From a virus (lineage: Duplodnaviria; Heunggongvirae; Uroviricota; Caudoviricetes): a stretch of DNA of 46,331 nt. The stretch is from the IMG/VR virus record IMGVR_UViG_2877948078_000002; one strand, written 5' to 3'. The translations under genes were made by a program, and so were the position numbers. This document shows, piece after piece, positions 28,803 through 43,122 of this stretch; the first letter of the stretch is position 1; the number at the start of each line of letters is the position of its first letter. The notes under the pieces are model-generated. The model was not told where the DNA came from and made no database searches. It worked only from the letters and a program-made list of their open reading frames with translations.

Positions 28803-28814
28803 CAGGTGGAGAAC

Positions 28815-29204
28815 ATGATGTTTCTGAAACAGGGCACGTTTAATTATGAAAAGCAGTCCGTGGTGCTCAGTGAGCTGTCCGGGCTGCAGAGAATTGAATA
28901 TCTGGCGTTTGTTCAGCAGCGAACGGCAAAGTTTGATGCCGAAGAGGGAGAACTGCCGGAGGCTGAACGACAGATTGCTTTTCTGCGGATGGGGATGGAT
29001 ATCAATGCCTGGCTGGTTTCCCGCTCACTGTGGAATGCGGAACAGTCTCAGGATGTTGAGACGCTTTGCGCATCCGTTATTACAACATGGTCGTATGATG
29101 CCCTGGGAGCGGGGGCGGAGATGGTTCTGTCGCTGAGCGGTATGGGAGCCATTGAGAATGCCGGGGATTTGGAGCATGAGGTGCTGACGCCGGAAAAGTC
29201 CTGA
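28815..29204 (+). CDS. Tail assembly chaperone (lambda gpG-like)
   Basis: About 130-aa ORF directly upstream of the tape-measure gene, followed by a -1 frame ORF (gpT-like). Confidence 0.75.
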   Translation: MMFLKQGTFNYEKQSVVLSELSGLQRIEYLAFVQQRTAKFDAEEGELPEAERQIAFLRMGMDINAWLVSRSLWNAEQSQDVETLCASVITTWSYDALGAGAEMVLSLSGMGAIENAGDLEHEVLTPEKS

Positions 29205-29542
29205 CGCGGGAAATGCAGTTTGTCATGCGGCTTGCCCGGGAGTTCAGGCGGGCAGACTGGCGGCGGATGCTGTCGGAAATGTCGGCCACTGAGCTTGGTG
29301 AGTGGGGCGATTATTTCCGGATGCAGAGCTTCAGTGATGTGTGGATGGATGCGCAGTTTGCCTCGCTGAAGGCATTGATCGTGAGAATGGTGTCCGGTAG
29401 CAGTGATGCTGCGGTGGCTGATTTCAGCCTTTTACCGGAAGAGAACGGGATACCGGAGCGAACGGACGAAGAACTGATGCATCTTGGGGAAGGTATTTCC
29501 GGAGGTGTGCGTTATGGACCAGATAGCCAACCTGGTCATTGA
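29180..29542 (+). CDS. gpT-like segment, probably expressed as a G-T fusion by -1 programmed frameshift
   Basis: -1 frame is open from 29180 and overlaps the end of G; candidate slip region CCGGAAAAG at 29190..29198 resembles lambda GGGAAAG; ends overlapping the tape-measure start. Confidence 0.55.
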   Translation, partial: GADAGKVLTREMQFVMRLAREFRRADWRRMLSEMSATELGEWGDYFRMQSFSDVWMDAQFASLKALIVRMVSGSSDAAVADFSLLPEENGIPERTDEELMHLGEGISGGVRYGPDSQPGH

Positions 29543-32500
29543 TTTGGGGATTGATGCGGCAGAGTTTAAAAATGAAATTCCCCGTATCAAAAACCTTCTG
29601 AATGGTGCAGCCAGCGATGCAGAACGGTCTTCTGCCCGTATGCAGCGTTTTATGGAGCGTCAGACTCAGGCCGCCCGGCAGACAACGCAGGCGGCTTCTT
29701 CGGCTGCAACAGCCGCATCCGTCCATGCGCAGACGGTGGAGAAGAACGCACAGGCTCATGAACGCATGGCCCGCGAGGTGGAGAAAACCCGCCAGCGCAT
29801 GGAGGCACTGAGCCAGAAAATGCGTGAGGAACAGGCGCAGGCCATGGCTCTGGCGGAGGCTCAGGATAAAGCGGCTGCTGCGTTTTATCGTCAGATTGAC
29901 AGTGTGAAACAGGCCAGTGCGGGGCTGCAGGAATTACAGCGTATTCAGCAGCAGGTCCGACAGGCCAGAAACAGTGGCGGGATTGGTCAGCAGGATTATC
30001 TGGCGCTGATTTCTGAGGTTACGGCGAAAACCCGTGTTCTTACACAGGCTGAGGAAGAGGCTACCCGACAGAAAGTGGCGTTTATCCGTCAGCTTAAAGA
30101 GCAGGCAACCCGCCAGAATCTTTCATCTTCTGAGTTGCTTCGTGCCAGGGCAGCCCAGCTGGGGGTAAGCAGTGCTGCAGAAGTGTATATCCGCAAAATG
30201 GAGCAGGCAGGAAAAGCCACGCATTCGCTGGGTCTGAAAAGTGCAGCAGCCCGCCAGGAGATAGGCGTTCTGATAGGTGAACTGGCCCGTGGCAATTTAG
30301 GAGCGCTGAGGGGAACCGGGATAACGCTGGCTAACCGTGCCGGATGGATAGACACACTGATGTCACCGAAAGGCATGATGCTGGGCGGGGTTATTGGCGG
30401 TATTGCCGCGGCCGTCTATGGTCTGGGTAAAGCCTGGTATGACGGTCAGAAGGAGGGGGAAGAATTTAACCGCCAGCTGTCACTGACGGGGCATTATGCC
30501 GGAGTCACTGCCGGGCAGCTGTGGACGCTCAGTCGTGCTATTTCCGGGAATGGTATCACGCAACATGCTGCAGCCGGTGCGCTGGCTCAGGTGGTGGGGA
30601 GTGGTGCATTTCGTGGAAACGATATCGGTATGGTGGCGAGAGCTGCCGCACAGATGGAGCGATCGGTTGGCCAGTCGGTCAGCGATACCATAAATCAGTT
30701 TAAGCGGCTGAAGGATGATCCTGTAAATGCCGCGAAGGCTCTGGACAATGAGCTGCATTTTCTTACTGCCACTCAGCTTGAGCAGATACGCGTCCTTGGG
30801 GATCAGGGGCGGTCCAGTGATGCGGCACGGATAGCCATGTCTGCACTGGCAGAGGAAACCGGTCGGCGTACTGCGGATATTGATAATAACCTCAATGCGC
30901 TGGGCAGTACGCTGAAGTATCTGTCTGATTTATGGAGTCGTTTCTGGGATGCGGCCATGAATATTGGTCGTGAAGACTCGCTGGATGAACAGATTGCCGC
31001 TTTACAGGAGAAAGTGTCGCGGGCGAAAAGACTCCCCTGGACGGCATCATCTTCTCAGGTTGAATACGATCAGCAGCGTCTTAACGATCTTCAGGAGAAA
31101 AAACGCCAGAAGGATTTGCAGGATGCAAAAGAGCAGGCAGAGCGGAATTATCAGGAGCAACAGAAACGCCGTAATGCTGAAAATGCTGCACTGAACCGGA
31201 TGAATGAAACGGAAGCAGCACGACATCAGCGTGAAATTGCGCGTATTAATGCCATGCAGTACGCCGATCAGGCTGTCAGGGATGCGGCGATACAACGTGA
31301 AAATGAACGTTACGAGAAAGCCCTGGCATCCGGTAAGAAAAAAACACGCGAAACCCGTAATGATGAGGCCACCCGGTTATTGCTGCAGTACAGTCAGCAA
31401 CAGGCACAGGTGGAAGGACAGATTGCTGCTGCCAGACAGTCAGCAGGCATTGCCACGGAAAGGATGACAGAAGCGCATAAACAGCTTCTGGCTCTGCAGC
31501 AGCGCATCAGCGACCTGGACGGGAAAAAACTGACGACAGATGAAAAGAGTGTACTGGCCCGTAAAGATGAACTGATTCAGGCACTGACGCTGCTGGATGT
31601 AAAACAGCAGGAGCTTCAGAAACAGACGGCACTCAACGAGCTGAAGAAAAAAACAATTCAGCTGACCAGTCAACTGGCTGAAGAAGAGCGCGCTCAGCGT
31701 CAGCAACATGACCTGGATATCGCCACGGTGGGTATGGGTGATCAGCAGCAGCAGCGATATCAGGTACAACTGAGTCTTCGCCAGAAATACCAGCAACAGC
31801 TGGAGCAGTTGAGGCGGGATAGTGAGCAGAAAGGGACATATAACACGGATGACTACAGAAAGGCCGAGCAGGCGCTGACGGAGAGCCTGAACCGACAACT
31901 GAATGAGAATCGCCGTTACTGGCAACAGCTTGAAGTTGTGCAGGGTAACTGGAAAAACGGAGTCCTGCGTGCATTTCAGGATTTTACCGTGGATGCAGAT
32001 AATACGGCAGGAACAGCAGAACAGGTGTTCTCGTCAGCCTTCAGCAACATGGGAAATGGCCTGGCAACTTTTGTCACTACCGGCAAACTCAATTTCAAAT
32101 CCTTCACCTCTTCTGTGCTGTCAGATATGGCGAAAATCCTGGCGCAGGCAACCATGATGAAATCGATAAAAGGGATTGGCAGTGTACTGGGATTTGATCT
32201 CAGCAGCCTTTCCCTGAATGCCAATGGGGGGATTTATCAGTCTGCTGATTTGAGTCGTTACAGTGGCACGGTGGTTAACCGTCCGACGTTTTTTGCTTTT
32301 GCAAAAGGCGCGGGTGTGATGGGGGAAGCTGGACCTGAAGCCATTCTGCCACTGCGTCGTGATGCTGACGGTAAGCTGGGGGTTGTGGCGGATATTGGTG
32401 GTTCAGGTATGGCGATGTTTGCCCCGCAGTACAACATAGAGATCAATAACGATGGCACGAACGGGCAGATAGGTCCGGCTGCCCTGAAGGTGGTTTATGA

Positions 32501-32579
32501 CCTCGGGAAAAAAGCAGCAGCGGACTTTATGCAACAGCAGGCCCGTGATGGTGGTCGGTTAAGTGGAGCATATCGGTAA
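29514..32579 (+). CDS. Tail tape-measure protein (lambda gpH-like)
   Basis: About 1020-aa ORF, alpha-helical Q/A/E/R-rich composition; GGAGG Shine-Dalgarno 8 nt upstream. Confidence 0.9.
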   Translation: MDQIANLVIDLGIDAAEFKNEIPRIKNLLNGAASDAERSSARMQRFMERQTQAARQTTQAASSAATAASVHAQTVEKNAQAHERMAREVEKTRQRMEALSQKMREEQAQAMALAEAQDKAAAAFYRQIDSVKQASAGLQELQRIQQQVRQARNSGGIGQQDYLALISEVTAKTRVLTQAEEEATRQKVAFIRQLKEQATRQNLSSSELLRARAAQLGVSSAAEVYIRKMEQAGKATHSLGLKSAAARQEIGVLIGELARGNLGALRGTGITLANRAGWIDTLMSPKGMMLGGVIGGIAAAVYGLGKAWYDGQKEGEEFNRQLSLTGHYAGVTAGQLWTLSRAISGNGITQHAAAGALAQVVGSGAFRGNDIGMVARAAAQMERSVGQSVSDTINQFKRLKDDPVNAAKALDNELHFLTATQLEQIRVLGDQGRSSDAARIAMSALAEETGRRTADIDNNLNALGSTLKYLSDLWSRFWDAAMNIGREDSLDEQIAALQEKVSRAKRLPWTASSSQVEYDQQRLNDLQEKKRQKDLQDAKEQAERNYQEQQKRRNAENAALNRMNETEAARHQREIARINAMQYADQAVRDAAIQRENERYEKALASGKKKTRETRNDEATRLLLQYSQQQAQVEGQIAAARQSAGIATERMTEAHKQLLALQQRISDLDGKKLTTDEKSVLARKDELIQALTLLDVKQQELQKQTALNELKKKTIQLTSQLAEEERAQRQQHDLDIATVGMGDQQQQRYQVQLSLRQKYQQQLEQLRRDSEQKGTYNTDDYRKAEQALTESLNRQLNENRRYWQQLEVVQGNWKNGVLRAFQDFTVDADNTAGTAEQVFSSAFSNMGNGLATFVTTGKLNFKSFTSSVLSDMAKILAQATMMKSIKGIGSVLGFDLSSLSLNANGGIYQSADLSRYSGTVVNRPTFFAFAKGAGVMGEAGPEAILPLRRDADGKLGVVADIGGSGMAMFAPQYNIEINNDGTNGQIGPAALKVVYDLGKKAAADFMQQQARDGGRLSGAYR

Positions 32580-32908
32580 TGGAGACGTTTCACTGGAAAG
32601 TGCGCCCGGATATGAATGTGGTATCAGAGCCGAAAGTGGTGACAGTGAAGCTGGGCGATGGTTATGAACAGCGTCGTGTGGCGGGACTGAATAACCAGTT
32701 GTCGACTTACAGCGTGACGATACGTGTTCGTAAATGTGAACACCCATCTTTAAAAGCCTTTCTGGAACGGCACGGTGGCGTCCGCGCATTTCAGTGGACG
32801 CCACCTTATGACTGGAAGCCGATCAGGGTGGTTTGTCGTAAATGGTCGGCGAGCGTAGGGGCGCTGTGGGTAACCATAACGGCAGATTTTGAACAGGTCG
32901 TGGCATAG
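32579..32908 (+). CDS. Minor tail protein (lambda gpM-like)
   Basis: 109 aa, same length as lambda gpM; start overlaps tape-measure stop (TAATG). Confidence 0.85.
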   Translation: METFHWKVRPDMNVVSEPKVVTVKLGDGYEQRRVAGLNNQLSTYSVTIRVRKCEHPSLKAFLERHGGVRAFQWTPPYDWKPIRVVCRKWSASVGALWVTITADFEQVVA

Positions 32909-32917
32909 GAGGCTCTG

Positions 32918-33616
32918 ATGCAGGATATTCCACAGGAAACACATCATGAGACGACACGCCTCACTCAGTCAGCCCTGGTGGTGCTCTGGGAAATCGATCT
33001 GACAGAGGTCGGTGGAGAACGTTATTTTTTCTGTAATGAGCAGAACGAAAAAGGTGAGCCGGTCACCTGGCAGGGGCGACAGTATCAGCCGTATCCCATT
33101 CAGGGGAGTGGTTTTGAACTGAATGGCAAAGGCACCAGTACGCGCCCCACGCTGACGGTTTCTAACCTGTACGGTATGGTCACCGGGATGGCGGAAGATC
33201 TGCAGAGTCTGGTCGGCGGAACGGTGGTCCGGCGTAAGGTTTACGCCCGTTTTCTGGATGCGGTGAACTTCGTCAACGGAAACAGTGACGCCGATCCGGA
33301 GCAGGAGGTGATCAGCCGCTGGCGCATCGAGCAGTGCAGCGAACTGAGCGCGGTCAGTGCCTCTTTTGTACTGTCCACGCCGACGGAAACGGACGGCGCT
33401 GTTTTTCCGGGACGTATCATGCTGGCCAACACCTGCACCTGGACCTATCGCGGTGATGAGTGCGGTTATCACGGTCCGGCAGTCGCGGATGAATATGATC
33501 AGCCGACGTCCGATATCACGAAGGATAAATGCAGCAAATGCCTGAGCGGTTGTAAGTTCCGCAATAACGTCGGCAACTTTGGCGGCTTCCTTTCCATTAA
33601 CAAACTTTCGCAGTAA
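32918..33616 (+). CDS. Minor tail protein (lambda gpL-like)
   Basis: 232 aa, same length as lambda gpL; cysteine cluster CTWTYRGDECGY…CSKCLSGC. Confidence 0.85.
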   Translation: MQDIPQETHHETTRLTQSALVVLWEIDLTEVGGERYFFCNEQNEKGEPVTWQGRQYQPYPIQGSGFELNGKGTSTRPTLTVSNLYGMVTGMAEDLQSLVGGTVVRRKVYARFLDAVNFVNGNSDADPEQEVISRWRIEQCSELSAVSASFVLSTPTETDGAVFPGRIMLANTCTWTYRGDECGYHGPAVADEYDQPTSDITKDKCSKCLSGCKFRNNVGNFGGFLSINKLSQ

Positions 33617-33621
33617 ATACC

Positions 33622-34365
33622 ATGACACAGACAGAATCAGCGATTCTGGCGCACGCCCGGCGATGTGCGCCAGCGGAGTCGTGCGGCTTCGTGGTAAGTA
33701 CGCCGGAGGGGGAAAGATATTTCCCCTGCGTGAATATCTCCGGTGAGCCGGAGGCGTATTTCCGTATGTCGCCGGAAGACTGGCTGCAGGCAGAAATGCA
33801 GGGTGAGATTATGGCGCTGGTCCACAGCCACCCCGGTGGTCTGCCCTGGCTGAGTGAGGCCGACCGGCGGCTGCAGGTGCAGAGTGATTTGCCGTGGTGG
33901 CTGGTCTGCCGGGGGACGATTCATAAGTTCCGCTGTGTGCCGCATCTCACCGGGCGGCGCTTTGAGCACGGGGTGACGGACTGTTACACGCTGTTCCGGG
34001 ATGCTTATCATCTGGCGGGGATTGAGATGCCGGATTTTCATCGCGGGGATGACTGGTGGCGTCACGGTCAGAATCTCTATCTGGATAATCTGGAGGCCAC
34101 AGGGCTGTATCAGGTGCCGTTGTCAGCGGCGCAGCCGGGCGATGTGCTGCTGTGCTGTTTTGGTTCATCGGTGCCGAATCATGCCGCCATTTACTGTGGT
34201 GACGGCGAGCTGCTGCACCATATTCCTGAACAACTGAGCAAACGAGAGAGGTATACCGACAAATGGCAGCGACGCACACACTCCCTCTGGCGTCACCGGG
34301 CATGGCACGCATCTGCCTTTACGGGGATTTACAACGATTTGGCCGCCGCATCGACCTTCGTGTGA
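33622..34365 (+). CDS. Tail assembly protein (lambda gpK-like, JAB/MPN plus NlpC/P60 domains)
   Basis: 247-aa ORF; JAMM-like motif ALVHSHPGG and a downstream Cys/His peptidase-like region. Confidence 0.85.
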   Translation: MTQTESAILAHARRCAPAESCGFVVSTPEGERYFPCVNISGEPEAYFRMSPEDWLQAEMQGEIMALVHSHPGGLPWLSEADRRLQVQSDLPWWLVCRGTIHKFRCVPHLTGRRFEHGVTDCYTLFRDAYHLAGIEMPDFHRGDDWWRHGQNLYLDNLEATGLYQVPLSAAQPGDVLLCCFGSSVPNHAAIYCGDGELLHHIPEQLSKRERYTDKWQRRTHSLWRHRAWHASAFTGIYNDLAAASTFV

Positions 34366-34910
34366 AAACGGGGGCTGAAGCCATCCGGGCGCTGGCCACA
34401 CAGCTTCCGTCGTTTCGCCAGAAACTGAATGAGGGCTGGTATCAGGTGCGCATTTCCGGGCGTGATGCAGGCGAAAATGAATTATCTGCCCGTCTTAATG
34501 AACCGCTGGCAAATGGTGCCGTGATCCACGTCGTTCCGCGTCTGGCGGGTGCCAAAAGTGGCGGTGTGTTTCAGGCGGTGCTGGGTGCGGCGCTGATTGC
34601 GGTGGCATGGTGGAACCCTGTTGGCTGGCTGGGGGCCGCGGCTGTATCGGGTATGTATGCAGCAGGGGCCAGTATGATCCTGGGTGGTGTGGCGCAGATG
34701 CTGGCACCGAAAGCCAGGACGCCCACGGCAGCCAGTACAGATAACGGCAAACAGAACACGTATTTCTCGTCACTGGATAACATGGTTGCCCAGGGCAATG
34801 TTCTGCCTGTTCTGTACGGGGAAATGCGCGTGGGATCACGTGTGGTTTCTCAGGAGATCAGCACGGCAGACGAAGGGGATGGTGGTCAGGTTGTGGTGAT
34901 TGGTCGCTGA
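34302..34910 (+). CDS. Tail assembly protein (lambda gpI-like)
   Basis: About 200-aa product overlapping the end of K; hydrophobic Gly/Ala-rich central segment; start codon choice uncertain (34263 or 34302). Confidence 0.75.
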   Translation: MARICLYGDLQRFGRRIDLRVKTGAEAIRALATQLPSFRQKLNEGWYQVRISGRDAGENELSARLNEPLANGAVIHVVPRLAGAKSGGVFQAVLGAALIAVAWWNPVGWLGAAAVSGMYAAGASMILGGVAQMLAPKARTPTAASTDNGKQNTYFSSLDNMVAQGNVLPVLYGEMRVGSRVVSQEISTADEGDGGQVVVIGR

Positions 34911-34928
34911 TGCAAAACATTTTATGTG

Positions 34929-34951
34929 AAACCGCCTGCGGGCGGTTTTGT
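34929..34951 (+). terminator. Hairpin with T-run between I and J (possible attenuator/terminator)
   Basis: AAACCGCC-TGCG-GGCGGTTTTG. Confidence 0.35.
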
Positions 34952-34967
34952 CGTTTATGGAGCGTGA

Positions 34968-38369
<3,402 letters not shown>

Positions 38370-38387
38370 ATTTTATAACCCAGAACG

Positions 38388-38412
38388 GGCGTCAGAAATG
38401 ACGCCTTTTTTA
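38388..38412 (+). terminator. Intrinsic terminator after J
   Basis: Hairpin GGCGTCA-GAAA-TGACGCC followed by TTTTTTATT. Confidence 0.6.
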
Positions 38413-38435
38413 TTGCAGAAAAGCGAGAGGTAATT

Positions 38436-39035
38436 ATGCGTAAACTTTATGCCGCCATTTTGTCCGCAGCCATTTGTCTGGCCGTATCCGGTGCGCCTGC
38501 ATGGGCGTCTGAACATCAGTCCACGCTGAGCGCGGGGTATCTTCATGCCCGGACGAACGTTCCCGGCAGTGATGATCTGAACGGGATTAACGTGAAATAC
38601 CGTTATGAGTTTACGGACACACTGGGGATGGTGACGTCGTTCAGCTATGCAGGAGACAAGAATCGCCAGATTACCCGTTACAGCGATACCCGCTGGCATG
38701 AAGATTCCGTTCGTAACCGCTGGTTCAGCGTAATGGCGGGGCCGTCTGTGCGCGTGAATGAATGGTTCAGCGCGTATGCGATGGCGGGTGTGGCTTACAG
38801 CCGTGTGTCGACTTTCTCCGGGGATTATCTCCGCGTAACTGACAACAAGGGGAAAAAGCACGATGTGCTGACCGGAAGTGATGACGGTCGCCACAGCAAC
38901 ACGTCTCTGGCGTGGGGAGCTGGCGTGCAGTTTAACCCGACCGAATCCGTGGCCATTGATGTCGCTTATGAAGGCTCCGGCAGTGGTGACTGGCGCACTG
39001 ACGGGTTCATCGTGGGTGTTGGTTATAAATTCTGA
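38436..39035 (+). CDS. lom: Lom-like outer-membrane beta-barrel protein (Ail/Lom/PagC family)
   Basis: 199-aa product with signal peptide ([24 protein letters not shown]) and C-terminal aromatic residue (…GVGYKF); position after J as in lambda. Confidence 0.85.
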   Translation: MRKLYAAILSAAICLAVSGAPAWASEHQSTLSAGYLHARTNVPGSDDLNGINVKYRYEFTDTLGMVTSFSYAGDKNRQITRYSDTRWHEDSVRNRWFSVMAGPSVRVNEWFSAYAMAGVAYSRVSTFSGDYLRVTDNKGKKHDVLTGSDDGRHSNTSLAWGAGVQFNPTESVAIDVAYEGSGSGDWRTDGFIVGVGYKF

Positions 39036-39061
39036 TTAGCCAGGTAACACAGTGTTATGAC

Positions 39062-39088
39062 AGCCCGCCGGTTCAGGCGGGCTTTTTT
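39062..39088 (+). terminator. Intrinsic terminator after lom
   Basis: Hairpin AGCCCGCC-GGTTCAG-GCGGGCT followed by TTTTTTG. Confidence 0.65.
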
Positions 39089-39099
39089 GTGGGGTGAAT

Positions 39100-42000
39100 A
39101 TGGCAGTAAAAATTTCAGGTGTACTGAAAGACGGCACAGGAAAACCGGTACAGAACTGCACAATCCAGCTGAAAGCAAAACGTAACAGCACCACGGTGGT
39201 GGTGAACACGCTGGCCTCAGAAAATCCGGATGAAGCCGGGCGTTACAGCATGGACGTTGAGTACGGTCAGTACAGCGTTATTCTGTTGGTGGAAGGATTC
39301 CCGCCGTCACATGCCGGGACCATCACCGTGTATGAAGATTCCCGACCCGGTACGCTGAATGATTTTCTCGGTGCCATGACGGAGGATGATGCCCGTCCGG
39401 AGGCACTGCGCCGTTTTGAGCTGATGGTGGAAGAGGTGGCGCGTAACGCGTCCGCGGTGGCACAGAACACGGCAGCCGCGAAGAAGTCAGCCAGTGATGC
39501 CGGCACATCTGCCAGTGAGGCGGCAACCCATGCGACTGATGCTGCAGGCTCAGCGCGTGCAGCCAGCACGTCAGCCGGACAGGCCGCGACGTCGGCTCAG
39601 GAGGCGTCTTCCAGCGCAGGAACAGCATCAACAAAGGCCACAGAAGCATCAAAAAGTGCTGCCGCTGCAGAGTCCTCAAAAAGCGCGGCGGCCACCAGTG
39701 CCGGTGCCGCGAAAACGTCAGAAACGAATGCTGCAGCGTCACAAAAATCAGCAGCCACTTCTGCATCCACTGCGACGACGAAAGCGTCAGAAGCCGCCAC
39801 TTCAGCCAGAGATGCGGCGGCCTCCAAAGAGGCGGCAAAATCATCAGAAACGAACGCCTCCACAAGCGCCAGCAGTGCAGCCTCCTCGGCAACGGCGGCA
39901 GGAAATTCCGTGAAGGCGGCAAAAACGTCCGAGACGAATGCTAAGTCTTCTGAAACGGCAGCGGAACAGAGCGCCTCAGCTGCGGCAGACTCTGAGACAG
40001 CAGCTGCATCATCGGCCCGTGAGGCGTCCATTAAGGCAGAGGAGGCAGCAGTCAGTGCCACCGCCGCCGGAAAATCGGCAGAAAGCGCCGCATCATCCGC
40101 TTCAACAGCCACAACGAAGGCTGGCGAAGCCACTGAACAGGCCAGCGCAGCAGCGAGGTCTGCTTCCGCAGCGAAGACATCCGAAACGAACGCGAAAGCG
40201 TCGGAAACCAGCGCAGAATCCTCAAAAACGGCTGCCGCATCGTCCGCCAGTTCGGCGGCGTCATCGGCATCATCTGCGTCTGCTTCAAAAGATGAGGCGA
40301 CCAGACAGGCGTCAGCAGCGAAGGGCAGCGCCACGACAGCATCCACGAAGGCGACAGAGGCAGCTGGCAGTGCGACGGCGGCAGCACAGAGCAAAAGTAC
40401 GGCGGAATCCGCGGCAACGCGCGCCGAGACAGCAGCTAAACGGGCAGAGGATATTGCATCCGCCGTGGCGCTTGAGGATGCAAGTACGACGAAAAAGGGG
40501 ATAGTACAGCTCAGCAGTGCGACCAACAGTACGTCTGAAACGCTGGCGGCAACGCCAAAGGCAGTAAAATCAGCCTATGACAATGCAGAGAAACGTCTGC
40601 AGAAAGACCAGAACGGCGCTGATATACCCGATAAGGGACGCTTCCTGAACAACATTAACGCGGTCAGTAAAACAGACTTTGCTGATAAGCGTGGTATGCG
40701 TTATGTGCGGGTTAACGCTCCTGCAGGTGCAACATCTGGAAAATATTACCCTGTTGTTGTTATGCGTTCTGCTGGCTCAGTAAGCGAACTGGCATCAAGG
40801 GTCATTATCACCACGGCACCGCGAACCGCAGGCGATCCGATGAATAACTGCGAGTTTAACGGATTTGTTATGCCTGGTGGCTGGACTGACAGGGGGCGTT
40901 ATGCTTATGGAATGTTCTGGCAATATCAAAACAATGAACGAGCCATCCACTCAATAATGATGAGTAATAAGGGCGATGATTTGCGCTCTGTGTTCTATGT
41001 TGATGGCGCTGCTTTCCCTGTTTTTGCGTTTATCGAAGATGGCCTGTCAATATCCGCACCTGGTGCTGATCTCGTTGTTAATGATACGACCTATAAGTTT
41101 GGGGCAACAAATCCAGCGACTGAATGTATCGCGGCGGACGTTATCCTTGATTTTAAGAGTGGGCGTGGTTTTTATGAGTCTCATTCGTTAATCGTTAACG
41201 ATAACTTGTCGTGCAAAAAACTTTTTGCCACAGACGAAATTGTAGCGCGTGGTGGTAATCAGATTCGAATGATAGGTGGGGAGTATGGTGCATTATGGCG
41301 TAATGATGGCGCTAAAACTTACCTGCTGCTTACCAATCAAGGTGATGTTTATGGTGGCTGGAATACATTAAGACCGTTTGCTATTGATAACGCAACCGGC
41401 GAACTGGTTATTGGAACCAAACTGTCCGCAAGTCTGAACGGTAATGCATTAACAGCAACAAAGCTGCAAACGCCAAGACTGGTTTCTGGTGTTGAGTTTG
41501 ATGGTTCCAAAGATATTACTTTAACCGCCGCGCATGTGGCTGCTTTTGCCAGAAGGGCAACGGATACATATGCCGATGCGGATGGTGGCGTTCCCTGGAA
41601 TGCCGAATCAGGCGCTTACAATGTCACCCGCTCTGGCAACAGCTATATTCTGGTTAACTTCTATACCGGAGTCGGAAGTTGCCGGACATTGCAGATGAAG
41701 GCGCATTACAGAAATGGAGGTCTGTTCTACCGTTCCTCAAGAGATGGCTATGGTTTTGAAGAAGACTGGGCAGAAGTTTATACCTCGAAAAATCTTCCAC
41801 CAGAAAGCTACCCAGTCGGTGCACCAATCCCGTGGCCATCAGATACCGTTCCGTCTGGTTATGCCCTGATGCAGGGGCAGACTTTTGACAAATCTGCTTA
41901 CCCGAAACTTGCAGCCGCTTATCCGTCAGGCGTGATCCCTGATATGCGTGGCTGGACGATTAAGGGCAAACCTGCCAGTGGTCGAGCCGTATTATCTCAG

Positions 42001-42450
42001 GAACAGGACGGCATTAAATCGCACACCCACAGCGCCAGCGCATCCAGTACGGATTTGGGGACGAAAACCACATCGTCGTTTGATTACGGCACTAAATCCA
42101 CGAATAACACCGGGGCGCATACCCATAGTGTTAGCGGTACGGCTGCTTCAGCCGGTGCACATACCCATTCGATAACATTTGTTTCAGGTGGCACCAAAGG
42201 TGCTCCGGGAAGTGGATCACCTGATTATTCTAAATACAGTGTTAACACTTCTTCTGCAGGCGCTCATACGCACTCTGTATCGGGTACTGCTGCAAGCGCA
42301 GGTGCACACGCACATACTGTAGGTATTGGTGCGCATACGCACTCGGTTGCGATTGGTTCACATGGACACACCATCACCGTTAACGCTGCTGGTAACGCGG
42401 AAAACACCGTCAAAAACATCGCATTTAACTATATTGTGAGGCTTGCATAA
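39100..42450 (+). CDS. stf: Side tail fibre protein (Stf) with long Ala/Ser/Thr-rich repeat region and C-terminal His-rich repeats
   Basis: About 1116-aa product beginning [27 protein letters not shown]…; low-complexity repeats ([17 protein letters not shown]…) across about 39480..40500; C-terminal GAHTHS repeats; stop overlaps the tfa start. Confidence 0.85.
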
Positions 42451-43025
42451 TGGCATTCAGAATGAGTGAACAACCACGGACCATAAAAATTTATAATCTG
42501 CTGGCCGGAACTAATGAATTTATTGGTGAAGGTGATGCATATATTCCGCCTCATACAGGTCTGCCAGCAAACAGTACCGATATTGCACCGCCAGATATTC
42601 CGGCTGGCTTCGTGGCTGTTTTCAACAGTGATGAGTCATCGTGGCATCTCGTTGAAGATCATCGGGGTAAAACGGTTTATGACGTGGCTTCCGGCGACGC
42701 GTTATTTATTTCTGAACTCGGTCCGTTACCGGAAAATGTTACCTGGTTATCGCCGGAAGGGGAGTTTCAGAAGTGGAACGGCACAGCCTGGGTGAAGGAT
42801 ACGGAAGCAGAAAAACTGTTCCGGATCCGGGAGGCGGAAGAAACAAAAAACAACCTGATGCAGGTAGCCAGTGAGCATATTGCGCCGCTTCAGGATGCTG
42901 CAGATCTGGAAATTGCAACGGAGGAAGAAATCTCGTTGCTGGAAGCATGGAAAAAGTATCGGGTATTGCTGAACCGTGTTGATACGTCAACTGCACAGGA
43001 TATTGAATGGCCAGCACTGCCGTAG
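42450..43025 (+). CDS. tfa: Tail fibre assembly protein (Tfa)
   Basis: 191-aa ORF immediately after stf (TAATG overlap); size and position of lambdoid Tfa. Confidence 0.85.
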
Positions 43026-43122
43026 GGTAAAACATATAAATTCTATAATTAGATGTATCTTTCCATTTACGGCAAGGAAGGGGGCTTGGAAGACGTAAAG
43101 CATCTCACACCGAGATTATTTT

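Noticed and set aside
31440-31974. Minus-strand ORFs (161 and 113 aa) inside the tape-measure gene
   Set aside because: Antisense to a continuous 1020-aa tape-measure ORF; Leu/Gln-rich composition mirrors the sense-strand codons.
39323-40526. Several long ORFs on the minus strand and in alternative plus frames inside the stf repeat region (for example 39597..40526 minus, 309 aa; 39938..40504 plus, 188 aa)
   Set aside because: They are antisense or out-of-frame translations of the Ala/Ser-rich low-complexity repeat of stf, with extreme composition (poly-Ala/Asp or Arg/Pro/Gln), and are fully nested within a well-supported gene.
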